DNA of 64,000 bases from Chloroflexota bacterium (GTDB lineage Bacteria; Chloroflexota; Dehalococcoidia; E44-bin15): contig JAUVVB010000010.1 in the NCBI GenBank assembly GCA_030604825.1, positions 2,109 to 66,108 on the forward strand. Reading direction: 5' to 3'. Made by a program: the position numbers and the translations under genes. This document shows positions 30,387 to 39,239 of the stretch, piece after piece. Under the pieces are notes generated by a model. It had not been told where the DNA came from, ran no database searches, and saw nothing but the letters and a program-made list of their open reading frames with translations. Position 1 is the stretch's first letter; every line of letters starts with the position of its first letter.

Positions 30387-31045
30387 ACTTCCTCTTCCTC
30401 TTCCTCGAGCAGGGTCGTCTCCTCACCGAGGTGAGGGATGAGGGGCTCTGCCCTTTCCCGTCTCCTTCGGGGAGGGGAGAGCTCGGCGATGGCCTGCCTC
30501 AACCTGGAGAGCTCCTCCTCGATGTCCCCCTCAAGCCTCACCGCCACCCCCACAATGCCGACCTGTGAAAGCTGCTCCAGTTCTTCCTTGGATATGCCCC
30601 GGGGTATTTGGACCACCAAGGGCTTGCCCACCAGGTTGGCCACATGCTGGCATCCCATCAGCGCCTTCACCGAAAGCTCCCCCTCCATCCCAATGAGCAC
30701 GGCGTCGATGGGCAATTGTTCAATAGCCCGGATCAAGCCTTCGGCCAGGGAAGGCTCTATGTGCACCATCCTTCCCATCTTCCCCTCGCGGAGAAATGAC
30801 AGGGGTGCCCTTGCCTCAAAGACCAGGAAATCACACCCCATCTCCCCGAGCTGGGATACCTCCTCTGCCCTCACCTCCTCCAGGGATACCCCCCAGGGGA
30901 TGTCGCTCAGGGAGGCGATGGTTTTTCTCAGCCCCTCCACCTTCAGCTTCGACAGGGAAAGGAGCACCGCGTCGGCACTCCCCCCAGCAATAGCATCCCC
31001 CGGGCTCAACGAAGCGATAAGCGCCATGGAGGGGCCTTTGGTCAT
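30383..31045 (-). CDS. Hypothetical protein with an acidic C-terminal tail (..TLLEEEEEEV); start set at the Met after the tRNA
   Basis: The track ORF 30383..31213 runs through the tRNA-Thr gene. The first plausible start is MTKGPS at 31045, with a GGGCGGGGG SD. No confident family assignment. Confidence 0.4.
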   Translation of the reverse strand: MTKGPSMALIASLSPGDAIAGGSADAVLLSLSKLKVEGLRKTIASLSDIPWGVSLEEVRAEEVSQLGEMGCDFLVFEARAPLSFLREGKMGRMVHIEPSLAEGLIRAIEQLPIDAVLIGMEGELSVKALMGCQHVANLVGKPLVVQIPRGISKEELEQLSQVGIVGVAVRLEGDIEEELSRLRQAIAELSPPRRRRERAEPLIPHLGEETTLLEEEEEEV

Positions 31046-31132
31046 CGCTGCCCCCGCCCTGAAGCCAATGGGTTGAGTGCCACCGCGGGAGAGGTGCTGT
31101 AACTTCTCTAGAAGCTTGCTCACTGAACCTCC

Positions 31133-31207
31133 TGGAGCCAGCGGTCGGATTCGAACCGACGACCGACGGTTTACGAAACCGTTGCTCTGCCTCTGAGCTA
31201 CGCTGGC
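31133..31207 (-). tRNA. tRNA-Thr (anticodon CGU)
   Basis: Manual cloverleaf: GCCAGCG-UA-GCUC-AGAGGCAGA-GAGC-A-ACGGU-UUCGUAA-ACCGU-CGGUC-GUCGG-UUCGAAU-CCGAC-CGCUGGC-U-CCA. Upstream promoter TTGCCC-N17-TATAAT at about 31228-31256. Confidence 0.9.
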
Positions 31208-31398
31208 CCTCAACCGGATTTAATTCCGCCACAATTATATACTACCGAGAAAAGCTGGGCAACTTCCTTCGCTATGCTGAGGAGCACGGCTACCCAGCAA
31301 CGCTGGGGCAATACACAGGTGCCTGCGGAATATCATTCTACAGATTGACCAACTGGCCGTTTTTAACTTCCCGATGGTATCACCTCTTGCAGTCCCGG

Positions 31399-32595
31399 TC
31401 ACCATTCCATCTCTATAGTAGCTACGGGTTCCCACTCGCCATCCTGGAAGATGCGGACAAAATAGTGGCTACCCCATCTCTCATGGGGGATGCCCCACTC
31501 CTCCTCGCCGGTCCATCGATATGTATAACCGAACATCTCCAGTTTGCTTTCCTCCATTGCTGGCACCACCACATCGACATCGAAGCTGTCTACCTCCTCA
31601 AACACCTGAACCATCCAGTGAACCCAAAAGTAGCCTCCCGCGGCTACGTCGCTCCACAACTCCTTGCCATACCTCTCGACGAACCTTTGGTAGAAGGCCC
31701 TCTCCTCCGCTGTCCCCTTCTCCCAAACGGCAAAGCTCACGCCGATGAAGCCCTCAGCATATTCGACACCTGCGGCCACGCGCAAGACAGCAGCTTCGGG
31801 TGGGGTGCAGCTAAAGAGCAGACCAGCGTAGCCCATCTCCCGGGCCTGCTTGACGATGAGGGCACAGGAACTCGGTGTAGACGGTGTTGTATCGATGAGG
31901 TCTGGCTCCCGGGCTAGCATCCTGGTAACGAAGGGGGTGAAGTCGGTGGCGCCCATCTCAAAGAGTTCTCTGGCCACCACCTCCATACCCCGCGCCTCGG
32001 CTGCATTGCTGGCCAACTCCTGGGCCTCCTCGCCACTCGTGGTGTGCCCGCTTATCAGGGCCACCCTCTTGACCGCGGGGTGATTCTCCGCAAGCCACTG
32101 GTAGCCAGCATCAGCAATGAACTGGGGAGCCGACAAAAAGGCGAAGGTATAGGGATACTCCGGGCCGAGGGGGAAGGATGGCCCAGCCGTGGTGGCGGCA
32201 AAAAGAACCACGTGGTTCTCCTCGGTGATGGGCCTTACCGCCATAGCGCAGCTAGTGCCAATGGGGCCAAAGATGTACTCAACTTTTTCGTCGAAGATGA
32301 GCTTTTGAACTGCGGTCACCGATTCCTCAGGCTGCACTTTATCATCCGCCACCACTATCTGGAGCGCGTATCTCTGCCCGCCGATCACGATCCCCCCTTG
32401 CTCGTTGATCTCGTCTACAGCCATCTCTGCCCCTCCCATAAATGGGAGGAACCAGGGGGCGGCAGGGCCTGTCAGTGGGCCGATGAATCCCAGCTTGTAC
32501 GTCCTGCCCTCCTCACCTGGTCCGCAGGAAGCGGTGAACACCAGAACAAGCGCCATGAGAACTAACCATACGCTCACTAACCACCTTTTCATCAC
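31399..32595 (-). CDS. Solute-binding lipoprotein, periplasmic-binding-protein type I (Leu/Ile/Val-binding-like), with no adjacent permease or ATPase genes
   Basis: 398 aa. Signal peptide plus lipobox (LVFTASCG). The overall PBP1/LivJ-like pattern (FIGPLTG...GAEMAVDEINEQGG...) is present. Confidence 0.7.
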   Translation of the reverse strand: MMKRWLVSVWLVLMALVLVFTASCGPGEEGRTYKLGFIGPLTGPAAPWFLPFMGGAEMAVDEINEQGGIVIGGQRYALQIVVADDKVQPEESVTAVQKLIFDEKVEYIFGPIGTSCAMAVRPITEENHVVLFAATTAGPSFPLGPEYPYTFAFLSAPQFIADAGYQWLAENHPAVKRVALISGHTTSGEEAQELASNAAEARGMEVVARELFEMGATDFTPFVTRMLAREPDLIDTTPSTPSSCALIVKQAREMGYAGLLFSCTPPEAAVLRVAAGVEYAEGFIGVSFAVWEKGTAEERAFYQRFVERYGKELWSDVAAGGYFWVHWMVQVFEEVDSFDVDVVVPAMEESKLEMFGYTYRWTGEEEWGIPHERWGSHYFVRIFQDGEWEPVATIEMEW

Positions 32596-32832
32596 GGCCT
32601 CCTCTTTAAACTCATGATTCAGGACTTCCTATTCCTGTCCACATCCCCTGGCTGGGCTTATCTGTTAAACGACATCTGTTGCACTAAGACCGGCCGATCT
32701 CTGTGATGGTTTCAATGAGGCAGGCTTTTTGCCCGACTAGCGAGGTCCCTCTTTGAGGGAACGGTTTGGAAGGGCAAGAGGCTCGTGAACGAACCCCGTG
32801 CACGAATAGCATATGATAAGCTGTCTAAGCTG
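32596..32832 (-). promoter_or_regulatory. Leader element copy A: promoter TTGACA-N17-TATGCT followed by a roughly 150-nt conserved structured 5' UTR upstream of the solute-binding-protein gene
   Basis: Shares about 85% identity over about 135 nt with copy B and is homologous to copy C. Contains conserved hairpins UCCCUC-AAA-GAGGGA, CGGGC-AAAAA-GCCUG and CCC-AGCCA-GGG. Confidence 0.5.
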
Positions 32833-34062
32833 TCAACCGCTCACTGCGGTCGTCGCCCGCCGACCGGTCTCCCTGACGAAGAGGACCAAAACCGGCGGTA
32901 TGAGGGCCAGGCCGGCGATGAAGTAGAACCCCGCTGCCGCTATGCCGGTGGCGGTCATGACCAGACCCATCAACAAGGGAATGGCAAAGCCGCCGATGCG
33001 GCTGACGGTGAAGATGCCGCCAAAGGCACTGCCCGCCAGGATGGGGCCGACCTCCTTCAGCTCTATGACGATAGACCTGAGCTGCGGCAGGGAGCACCCC
33101 AGCAGGAAACCGCTCAGCAGAAAGACAAGGTACAGGGGCCACCCCCAGAGAACCGCAACCAGCGCTACCATGCCGGCGTTGGCAAAGAAGAAGGGCCAAA
33201 CGAACACCTTCCTCAGGCCGACCCGGTCTGAGAGCCAGGAGCCCACGAACATGCCCAGTATGCCGGTCCACGTGGCCAGGGAGGCAAATACACCCGCCTC
33301 AGTCTCCGACATCCCTTTCTCCACCAAGAAGGTGGGGACTATGGCCACAACAGCTAAGAGGTTGCCAATAACGAACATCTCGACGACACCCAGCAGCCAG
33401 ATGTCCCTGACGCTGAAAACCTGGCGCAACCCTTTCAACATGGGTGGCCGTGCCCTCATTTGCTCGGCCATCGCCCCAGTGGGTTCCCGCTCCCTGGCCG
33501 CCACCAGCCATAGGATCCAAGAGGCGATGGCAAGCCCGCCACCCAGGAACATCACATTTTGCCAGCCGCCCAGCGCGGCAGCCAGCGGAGCTGCCACAAT
33601 CAGCGCCAGCCCGCCTCCGATGAAGGGGCCCATGAGCAGGATGCCATTGGCCCGGCTCAGCTCCGAGGGGCCGAACCACATGGCCACCCCCTTGGCCAGG
33701 TTGGGGGTGACGAAGCCGTAGCTCACGCCCATCAGCAACATAGGCAGCCACAGGCTCCAGAAGTTGAAGGCGAAGCCCCTCAGCCCGCCAAGGATGGCGG
33801 TGAAGATGAGGGCTATGACTATCACCTTCTTCACCCCAAAGCGGTCGGCGGCCACACCCCCGATGAGGGAGAAGAAGAGCATCCCCAAGGGCAGCGCCCC
33901 CCATATTAAACCGATTTGAGCATAGCTTAAGGCAAAGTCAACCTCTATTTGGGGAAAGAGGGGGGGCATTATCATCAGAACAAAGCCATTGACGATGAGG
34001 TTTATCAGGAAGAGATAGCTCAGCATCGGCCATCTGTATGCTACTTTCTCTTCAACTGCCAT
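32833..34062 (-). CDS. MFS transporter (12 TM)
   Basis: 409-aa polytopic membrane protein with the MFS motif GGVAADRFGVKK after TM2. Confidence 0.8.
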   Translation of the reverse strand: MAVEEKVAYRWPMLSYLFLINLIVNGFVLMIMPPLFPQIEVDFALSYAQIGLIWGALPLGMLFFSLIGGVAADRFGVKKVIVIALIFTAILGGLRGFAFNFWSLWLPMLLMGVSYGFVTPNLAKGVAMWFGPSELSRANGILLMGPFIGGGLALIVAAPLAAALGGWQNVMFLGGGLAIASWILWLVAAREREPTGAMAEQMRARPPMLKGLRQVFSVRDIWLLGVVEMFVIGNLLAVVAIVPTFLVEKGMSETEAGVFASLATWTGILGMFVGSWLSDRVGLRKVFVWPFFFANAGMVALVAVLWGWPLYLVFLLSGFLLGCSLPQLRSIVIELKEVGPILAGSAFGGIFTVSRIGGFAIPLLMGLVMTATGIAAAGFYFIAGLALIPPVLVLFVRETGRRATTAVSG

Positions 34063-34346
34063 TCTCTGCTCATCTCATATTCTGGCGGAGTCACTTCGTT
34101 GTTCCTGTCGTTGCACCCTGTTCACTGGCTCATCCCATTAGCGCCACTCCACATCCCCTGGCTGGGCTTATCTCTTAACAGCCATCTATTGCGCTAAGAC
34201 TAGCAAATCTCTGCGGTGATTTCAATGAGCCAGGCTTCTTGCCCGACGACTGAGGTCCCTCATGAGGGAACGATTTGGAGGGGCTGGAGAGGGCGCCTTA
34301 GGAAATCGCCGCCCTGCCAGAGGTGGCCTCTCCTCCACGCTGGTTT
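34063..34346 (-). promoter_or_regulatory. Leader element copy B (conserved structured 5' UTR upstream of the MFS gene)
   Basis: The 135-nt core at about 34151-34285 is roughly 85% identical to copy A. Confidence 0.5.
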
Positions 34347-34706
34347 TCAGCTCCACTCAACCCATATCTCGTAGCGACTTGGGCACCCTCTTTGTTGATA
34401 CATGAGCTCAAAGTGAGCTGACTGTCCTGGCCTCAGGTCAAATATAGGTTCAGATGCTTCACCAAGAAGCGCACCGTTAGCGTCATACCACTCAACAGAT
34501 ACGTCTACCTCATCTGCAGCATATTCACCCATATTCGCCACAGCACCCCTGACATAACATGTGCAATAGTCGCCAGTGGCAGACCGTTCACACTCTTGGC
34601 TGTGGTTGAGGATCCGCACATAGGTCGGTGGTAGCGACATCCCACCGTAGCAGCCTGCTGTAGCGATTAACACCAAGATAGCAGCCAAGGTTACGATATA
34701 CTTCAT
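34347..34706 (-). CDS. Small lipoprotein (about 120 aa; DUF4352-like beta-sandwich?), about 50% GC
   Basis: The track ORF was trimmed to start at MKYIVTLAAILVLIATAGC (signal peptide plus lipobox Cys). Rest of the protein: ..DVSVEWYDANGALLGEASEPIFDLRPGQSAHFEL. Confidence 0.45.
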   Translation of the reverse strand: MKYIVTLAAILVLIATAGCYGGMSLPPTYVRILNHSQECERSATGDYCTCYVRGAVANMGEYAADEVDVSVEWYDANGALLGEASEPIFDLRPGQSAHFELMYQQRGCPSRYEIWVEWS

Positions 34707-34892
34707 TGCTGCACCTTGCCTAGCCATCAAGCCTCGACCTATTAGACTTGGGAGCGGCCAGCTTGACAGCAGAGCAACAGTATGATAGGCTTCCGCAATT
34801 CCTCTATGAAGAGACCCGGGCACCTGGGAGGGCGCTGGTCGCTCGCACCTCGGAGCAGGCACCCGGGCCTCTTCATTTCCACTTCTAACCGT

Positions 34893-35129
34893 TCATGTAT
34901 GCGCTTTACTTGCTCGGTCAAATAGCCTTTTCATCAGCAAGCATATCCCCGTGATGCTACAGGCTATTACCCATCCCAGTATAAGCCATCTCCACTCGCC
35001 GTCCATCACAAAACCTGCCAAGTCAAGGCTGCCAAAAAGCAGGAATATGCACCAAGAGAACAGCCCAAAACGGGTTCTAGTACCGTAGTTGCTCATTATG
35101 CCTTGGACATACTCTAGTGTTCTTATCAT
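34893..35129 (-). CDS. Small 2-TM membrane protein (about 78 aa), about 47% GC
   Basis: The track ORF 34893..35201 begins inside the region homologous to the noncoding leader A, so I set the start at MIRTLEYV (35129). Two hydrophobic helices (FGLFSWCIFLLFGSL and WLILGWVIACSITGICLL). Confidence 0.35.
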   Translation of the reverse strand: MIRTLEYVQGIMSNYGTRTRFGLFSWCIFLLFGSLDLAGFVMDGEWRWLILGWVIACSITGICLLMKRLFDRASKAHT

Positions 35130-35164
35130 GCTCAGCCGGTCACCAAAACCCTGAGACTGCCACA

Positions 35165-35330
35165 CCAGCGCTGACGCCAGCAGACATTCTTGGTAGTTCA
35201 ACGAGACGGGCTTCTTGCCCGACTAGCGAGGTCCCTTATGAGGGAACGATTTGGAACGCTAGGAGGCTGGTAAACGAACCCAGCGCGGGGATAGGATACA
35301 CGGACTTCGCTGGATTGTCAACTCTAGGGC
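35165..35330 (-). promoter_or_regulatory. Leader element copy C: promoter TTGACA-N17-TATCCT followed by a diverged copy of the conserved leader
   Basis: GUUCCCUCAUAAGGGACCUCGCUAGUCGGGCAAGAAGCCCG aligns with copies A and B. The second hairpin shows a U-to-C change that turns a G-U pair into G-C. Confidence 0.45.
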
Positions 35331-35396
35331 GCGGGAGGCGGTCGGTGTAGCGCTACAATGCAACTTTGTGCCTCAAGGGGTCGGCGCCCCCAGGGG

Positions 35397-35558
35397 TCAG
35401 TCCTCTGCCTTTTCCTTACATTCCTCCATTTCCTTCCTGGCCTCTTCGGCAAGCCAGTCATCTGGGGCCGGCATCAAGGAGGTCCACATATGACGGAGCA
35501 TCAGTCTTTCCATAGCGAGTAGTTTTCTCTTCATGACTTCGGCTTCCTTCTCGTCCAT
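35397..35558 (-). CDS. Possible small protein (53 aa, MDEKEAEVMKRKLLAMERLMLRHMWTSLMPAPDDWLAEEARKEMEECKEKAED)
   Basis: ATG preceded by GGTGAGGGTGAG. Too short for the supplied track. Lies between the tRNA fragment and leader C. Confidence 0.25.
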   Translation of the reverse strand: MDEKEAEVMKRKLLAMERLMLRHMWTSLMPAPDDWLAEEARKEMEECKEKAED

Positions 35559-35635
35559 CTCACCCTCACCACCTGACTAACAGAATGAACAACCCTTTCG
35601 CTCGTGACAGGATTTCCAGCCAAGCTGAAGCTAGG

Positions 35636-35678
35636 CGGGGTTTACGAAACCGTTGCTCTGCCGCTGAGCTACGCTGGC
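35636..35678 (-). repeat. Duplicated 5' half of tRNA-Thr (positions 1 to about 40, one mismatch), with no 3' half
   Basis: ggtttacgaaaccgttgctctgccGctgagctacgctggc compared with ggtttacgaaaccgttgctctgccTctgagctacgctggc in the intact gene at 31168-31207. Confidence 0.8.
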
Positions 35679-35754
35679 TTTTTCGCCCTTTTTCGCCCGA
35701 TACGTGTTTCTGCTTTCTTTCCCTAAGAAAGAGAAAGCCAAACCCCAAGCGAGG

Positions 35755-36399
35755 CTAGCGCTCGCGAACCTCAGCGGTGTAGCCTGAAGCCTTCACATCA
35801 TCCATGATCTTATTGGCTTCTCCGGCTTCAATATCAACATGAAGGACTAGGTCCTTTTCCTCTCCACTGGCGGAGGGAAGGTACATCATGGTTTTCATAT
35901 TTGCCTTGTGCTTATTGAGGATACCCAGCACCTCTGTCATGCACCGGACATCACAGCTGCGAACGGTAAGACGGGTGCCCACTTCCCCGATGCCCAATAG
36001 CGGGTTCAATATCTTGTAGAAGAAATCGTTGGTGGTAACTATGCCCACGACCCTATCGCCTTCCAACACGAGAAGGCAACCGACCCTCCTCTCCTGTGCC
36101 AAAGCGACGGCACTCTCCACCGTCATGTCGGGGGTGGCGGTGATCACATCCTTTTCCATGATCTCCTTGACCGTCATCTTGGACAGAAGATAGGTCAATT
36201 CCCAGATGCTCAGCGAGGTGGCTGAAGAGGGGGCGGCCCTGAGTACCCTGTCCTTGGTCACCAGTCCAACGAGCTTGCCCTTGTCCACTATGGGCAGGCG
36301 TTCGAACCGGTGAGCCCTCATTATCTCAGCAGCCTGGCTTACGGGTGTATCACTGGGTACCGTTACCACATTGTAGGTCATGATGTCACGAACACGCAT
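35755..36399 (-). CDS. CBS-domain pair protein
   Basis: Two CBS motifs (VRDIMTYNVVTVPSDTPVSQAAEIM..; VKEIMEKDVITATPDMTVESAVAL..). Start set at the internal MRVRDIM. Confidence 0.7.
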   Translation of the reverse strand: MRVRDIMTYNVVTVPSDTPVSQAAEIMRAHRFERLPIVDKGKLVGLVTKDRVLRAAPSSATSLSIWELTYLLSKMTVKEIMEKDVITATPDMTVESAVALAQERRVGCLLVLEGDRVVGIVTTNDFFYKILNPLLGIGEVGTRLTVRSCDVRCMTEVLGILNKHKANMKTMMYLPSASGEEKDLVLHVDIEAGEANKIMDDVKASGYTAEVRER

Positions 36400-36488
36400 G
36401 ATTGCCCTCCTGCATTGAATTACGAAAATCGCTGCCGCTAATGATACCACAAAAACATACCCCTTCACACCCCTCCCCGTGTCAACGG

Positions 36489-36517
36489 TTGAAGCCTTGG
36501 CATAGAAGGAGTATCAT
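36489..36517 (+). promoter_or_regulatory. pyrD promoter TTGAAG-N17-TATCAT
   Basis: Read directly. A GGAGG SD lies 8 nt before the TTG start. Confidence 0.4.
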
Positions 36518-36538
36518 TACATAAAATGGAGGTTTTGG

Positions 36539-37465
36539 TTGAAGCTTTCGGTTCAGCTTGCCCCTCATAACCGGCGAGGCTTACTCCTCAACAACCCGGT
36601 GATGACGGCATCGGGAACCGTTGAATACGGAACGGAATATGCCCAGGTGGTGGATATCAACAGGCTGGGGGCCATCATCTGCAAAGGGACCACCCTCACC
36701 CCCCGCCGGGGCAATCCCCAACCCCGCCTTGCCGAGACCCCATCGGGGCTGCTCAACTCGGTGGGGCTTCAGAACATCGGCATCGATGCCCTGATCAATG
36801 AGAAGGCGCCCATCTGGGCCACCTGGCTGGTTCCGGTGATCGTCAACATCGCCGGCGAGAGGGTGGAGGATTATGCCCAGCTTGCCCGCAGGCTGGAGGG
36901 GGTGGCTGGGGTCAGCGGCATCGAGGTAAACATAAGCTGTCCTAACCTCGCTCGCGGTGGGATGGAGTTTGGCCAGAGCCCCCAGATGGCGGCCGAGGTC
37001 ACCGCGGCGGTGAAGGCAAATACCACCCTTCCCGTCATCGTCAAGCTGACCCCCAATGTGACCGACATCACCCAGATTGCCCACGCCGTGGCTGAGGCCG
37101 GGGCCGATGCCATATCCCTCATCAACACCGTATCGGGCATGGCCATCGACATAGCCAAAAGGAAGCCCTTCCTCGGGGGGATCAGCGGGGGGCTCTCCGG
37201 GCCTGCCATCAAGCCCATCGCCGTTTATATGGTGCATCAGGTCTCGGGCGCGGTGGAGGTACCCATAATTGGCTGCGGCGGCATCTCGTGTACCAACGAT
37301 GCCCTGGAGTTCATCATGGCAGGGGCTACCGCGGTGCAGGTGGGCACGGCAAACCTCGTTAGCCCCAATGCCCCCGTTGAGGTGCTGGAGGGGATGGAGC
37401 GCTTCCTGGAGAGGGAAGGGGTGGAGGACATCGCCCAGCTCATCGGCGCAGCCAAAGCTCCTTGA
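36539..37465 (+). CDS. pyrD: Dihydroorotate dehydrogenase (class 1 catalytic subunit)
   Basis: 308 aa. NPVMTASGT, GAIICKGTT, NISCPN and IIGCGGI motifs. Confidence 0.85.
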   Translation: MKLSVQLAPHNRRGLLLNNPVMTASGTVEYGTEYAQVVDINRLGAIICKGTTLTPRRGNPQPRLAETPSGLLNSVGLQNIGIDALINEKAPIWATWLVPVIVNIAGERVEDYAQLARRLEGVAGVSGIEVNISCPNLARGGMEFGQSPQMAAEVTAAVKANTTLPVIVKLTPNVTDITQIAHAVAEAGADAISLINTVSGMAIDIAKRKPFLGGISGGLSGPAIKPIAVYMVHQVSGAVEVPIIGCGGISCTNDALEFIMAGATAVQVGTANLVSPNAPVEVLEGMERFLEREGVEDIAQLIGAAKAP

Positions 37466-37550
37466 CAATTAATAACTGCTATGATATTTTGTCAGAACGA
37501 ATTGGGAGCGGCAACTAGTTCGAAAAAACCGTCCCGAAGGGGCGGATTTT
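37462..37550 (+). promoter_or_regulatory. ilv-leu operon leader: TTGACA overlapping the pyrD stop, then an intrinsic-terminator-like hairpin CCGUCCC-GAAG-GGGCGG plus AUUUU (37529-37550) upstream of ilvD
   Basis: Hairpin and U tract read directly. A short [26 protein letters not shown], spans it. No obvious Ile/Val/Leu codon run. Confidence 0.4.
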
Positions 37551-37568
37551 AAACTTAAAGGGGGAGGA

Positions 37569-39230
37569 TTGAGAAGCGACGTGGTGAAGCGGGGCGTGGA
37601 GCGCGCCCCCCATCGCGCCCTGCTCCGCTCCCTGGGGTGCACCGATAGGGAGCTGGAGCAGCCCTTCATCGGCATCATCAACAGCTTTAGCGAGGTCATC
37701 CCGGGACACGTTCACCTCAGGGCCATCGCCGAGGCGGTAAAGGGCGGGGTGAGGAGCAAGGGGGGGACCCCCTTTGAGGTGAACACCATCGGGGTGTGTG
37801 ATGGCATCGCCATGGGACATATGGGGATGAAGTATAGCCTCCCCAGCCGCGAGCTCATCGCCGACTCAGTGGAGGTCGTGGCTCAGGCCCATGGCTTCGA
37901 TGGCCTGGTGTTCATCACCAACTGCGATAAGATCGTTCCCGGAATGCTAATGGCTGCGGTGAGGATAAACATACCATCGATCTTCATCAGTGGAGGCCCA
38001 ATGCTGGCGGGGCGATGGCAGGGCCAAAGCGTAGATGTGAACACCGTCTTCATGGCGGTGGGCAAGGTAGCCACCGGGGAGATGAGCCAAAAGGAGCTGG
38101 GGGAGCTGGAGAGGGTTGCCTGCCCCGGTTACGGAAGCTGTGCCGGTATGTTCACCGCCAACACCATGAACTGCCTCACCGAGGCCCTGGGCATGGCGCT
38201 CCCGGGGAATGGCACCATCCCCGCCGTTGATGCCCGCCGCATTGCCCTTGCCCGGGAGGCGGGGGAGAAGGTGATGGAGCTCCTCTCCCGGGAGACCTGC
38301 CCCCGGGACATCATCACCGCCGATTCCATCAAAAATGCCTTCATCGTGGATATGGCCCTGGGGGGAAGCACCAACTCCGTGTTGCACCTGATAGCCATCG
38401 CCCACGAGGCGGGGGTCGATTTCCCCCTCTCGGAGGTAAACGAGATAAGTGAAAAGACCCCACACCTGGTTAGGCTAAGCCCGGCTGGGGATCATCACGT
38501 TGAGGACCTGGACCTCGCCGGTGGCATAGGGGCGGTGATGAAGGAGGTCAAGGGGCTACTCGCTATGGGGGTGAGGACGGTTTCCGGGAAATCTCTTGTC
38601 GAGAAACTGGCAGCTATGGAGCCCATGGTTAAGGACGAAAAAGTCATCCGCCCCATCTCCCAGCCCCACTCCAAAACCGGTGGGCTCGCCATCCTCCTCG
38701 GCAACCTGGCGCCGGAGGGAGCGGTGGTGAAGAGCGCCGCCGTGGCCCCTGAGATGCTCCGCCACCGGGGTAGGACACGGGTATTTGACTCCGAGGAGGA
38801 GGCAACGGAGGCGATATTGGGCGGCTCCATCTCTCCGGGAGAGGTGGTGGTCATCCGCTACGAGGGACCCAAGGGGGGGCCAGGGATGAGGGAGATGCTG
38901 GGCCCAACATCCCTGCTCAGCGGAATGGGGCTGGACGATAAGGTGGCACTCATTACCGATGGTCGCTTCTCCGGGGCAACCAAGGGGGCAGCTATCGGCC
39001 ACATCTCCCCAGAGGCGGCCTCGAGGGGGCCCATAGCCGCCCTTAGAGATGGCGATATGATAGTGATAGACATCCCCGACCATAGGCTGGATGTTGAGCT
39101 TAGCGATACGGAGATCAGAGGGCGTCTCAGCAGGCTGCCTGATTTCGAGTCCACGGTCAAAAAAGGCTACCTGGTGCGCTATGCCCAGAGGGTAACCTCA
39201 GCCAGCAAGGGGGCAGTCTTCGAGAGATAG
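37569..39230 (+). CDS. ilvD: Dihydroxy-acid dehydratase
   Basis: 553 aa. CDGIAMGH, the Fe-S cysteines and the C-terminal GGPIAAL..DGD motifs. Confidence 0.95.
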   Translation: MRSDVVKRGVERAPHRALLRSLGCTDRELEQPFIGIINSFSEVIPGHVHLRAIAEAVKGGVRSKGGTPFEVNTIGVCDGIAMGHMGMKYSLPSRELIADSVEVVAQAHGFDGLVFITNCDKIVPGMLMAAVRINIPSIFISGGPMLAGRWQGQSVDVNTVFMAVGKVATGEMSQKELGELERVACPGYGSCAGMFTANTMNCLTEALGMALPGNGTIPAVDARRIALAREAGEKVMELLSRETCPRDIITADSIKNAFIVDMALGGSTNSVLHLIAIAHEAGVDFPLSEVNEISEKTPHLVRLSPAGDHHVEDLDLAGGIGAVMKEVKGLLAMGVRTVSGKSLVEKLAAMEPMVKDEKVIRPISQPHSKTGGLAILLGNLAPEGAVVKSAAVAPEMLRHRGRTRVFDSEEEATEAILGGSISPGEVVVIRYEGPKGGPGMREMLGPTSLLSGMGLDDKVALITDGRFSGATKGAAIGHISPEAASRGPIAALRDGDMIVIDIPDHRLDVELSDTEIRGRLSRLPDFESTVKKGYLVRYAQRVTSASKGAVFER

Positions 39231-39239
39231 GGGGCTATT

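Noticed and set aside
31046-31213. N-terminal 56 codons of track ORF 30383..31213
   Set aside because: This stretch is the tRNA-Thr gene read as protein (..ASVAQRQSNGFVNRRSSVRIRPLAP). I moved the CDS start to 31045.
32044-33721. Plus-strand ORFs (173 aa, 148 aa, 259 aa) inside the solute-binding-protein and MFS genes
   Set aside because: Antisense; Pro/Arg/Gly-rich.
35130-35201. N-terminal extension of track ORF 34893..35201 (TTG start)
   Set aside because: It lies within sequence homologous to the noncoding leader of the neighbouring genes. I moved the start to the first internal ATG.
35636-35678. Possible second tRNA gene
   Set aside because: Only the 5' half is present (acceptor 5' strand, D-arm, anticodon stem-loop). 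There is no T-arm or 3' acceptor, so I call it a repeat or att remnant, not a tRNA.
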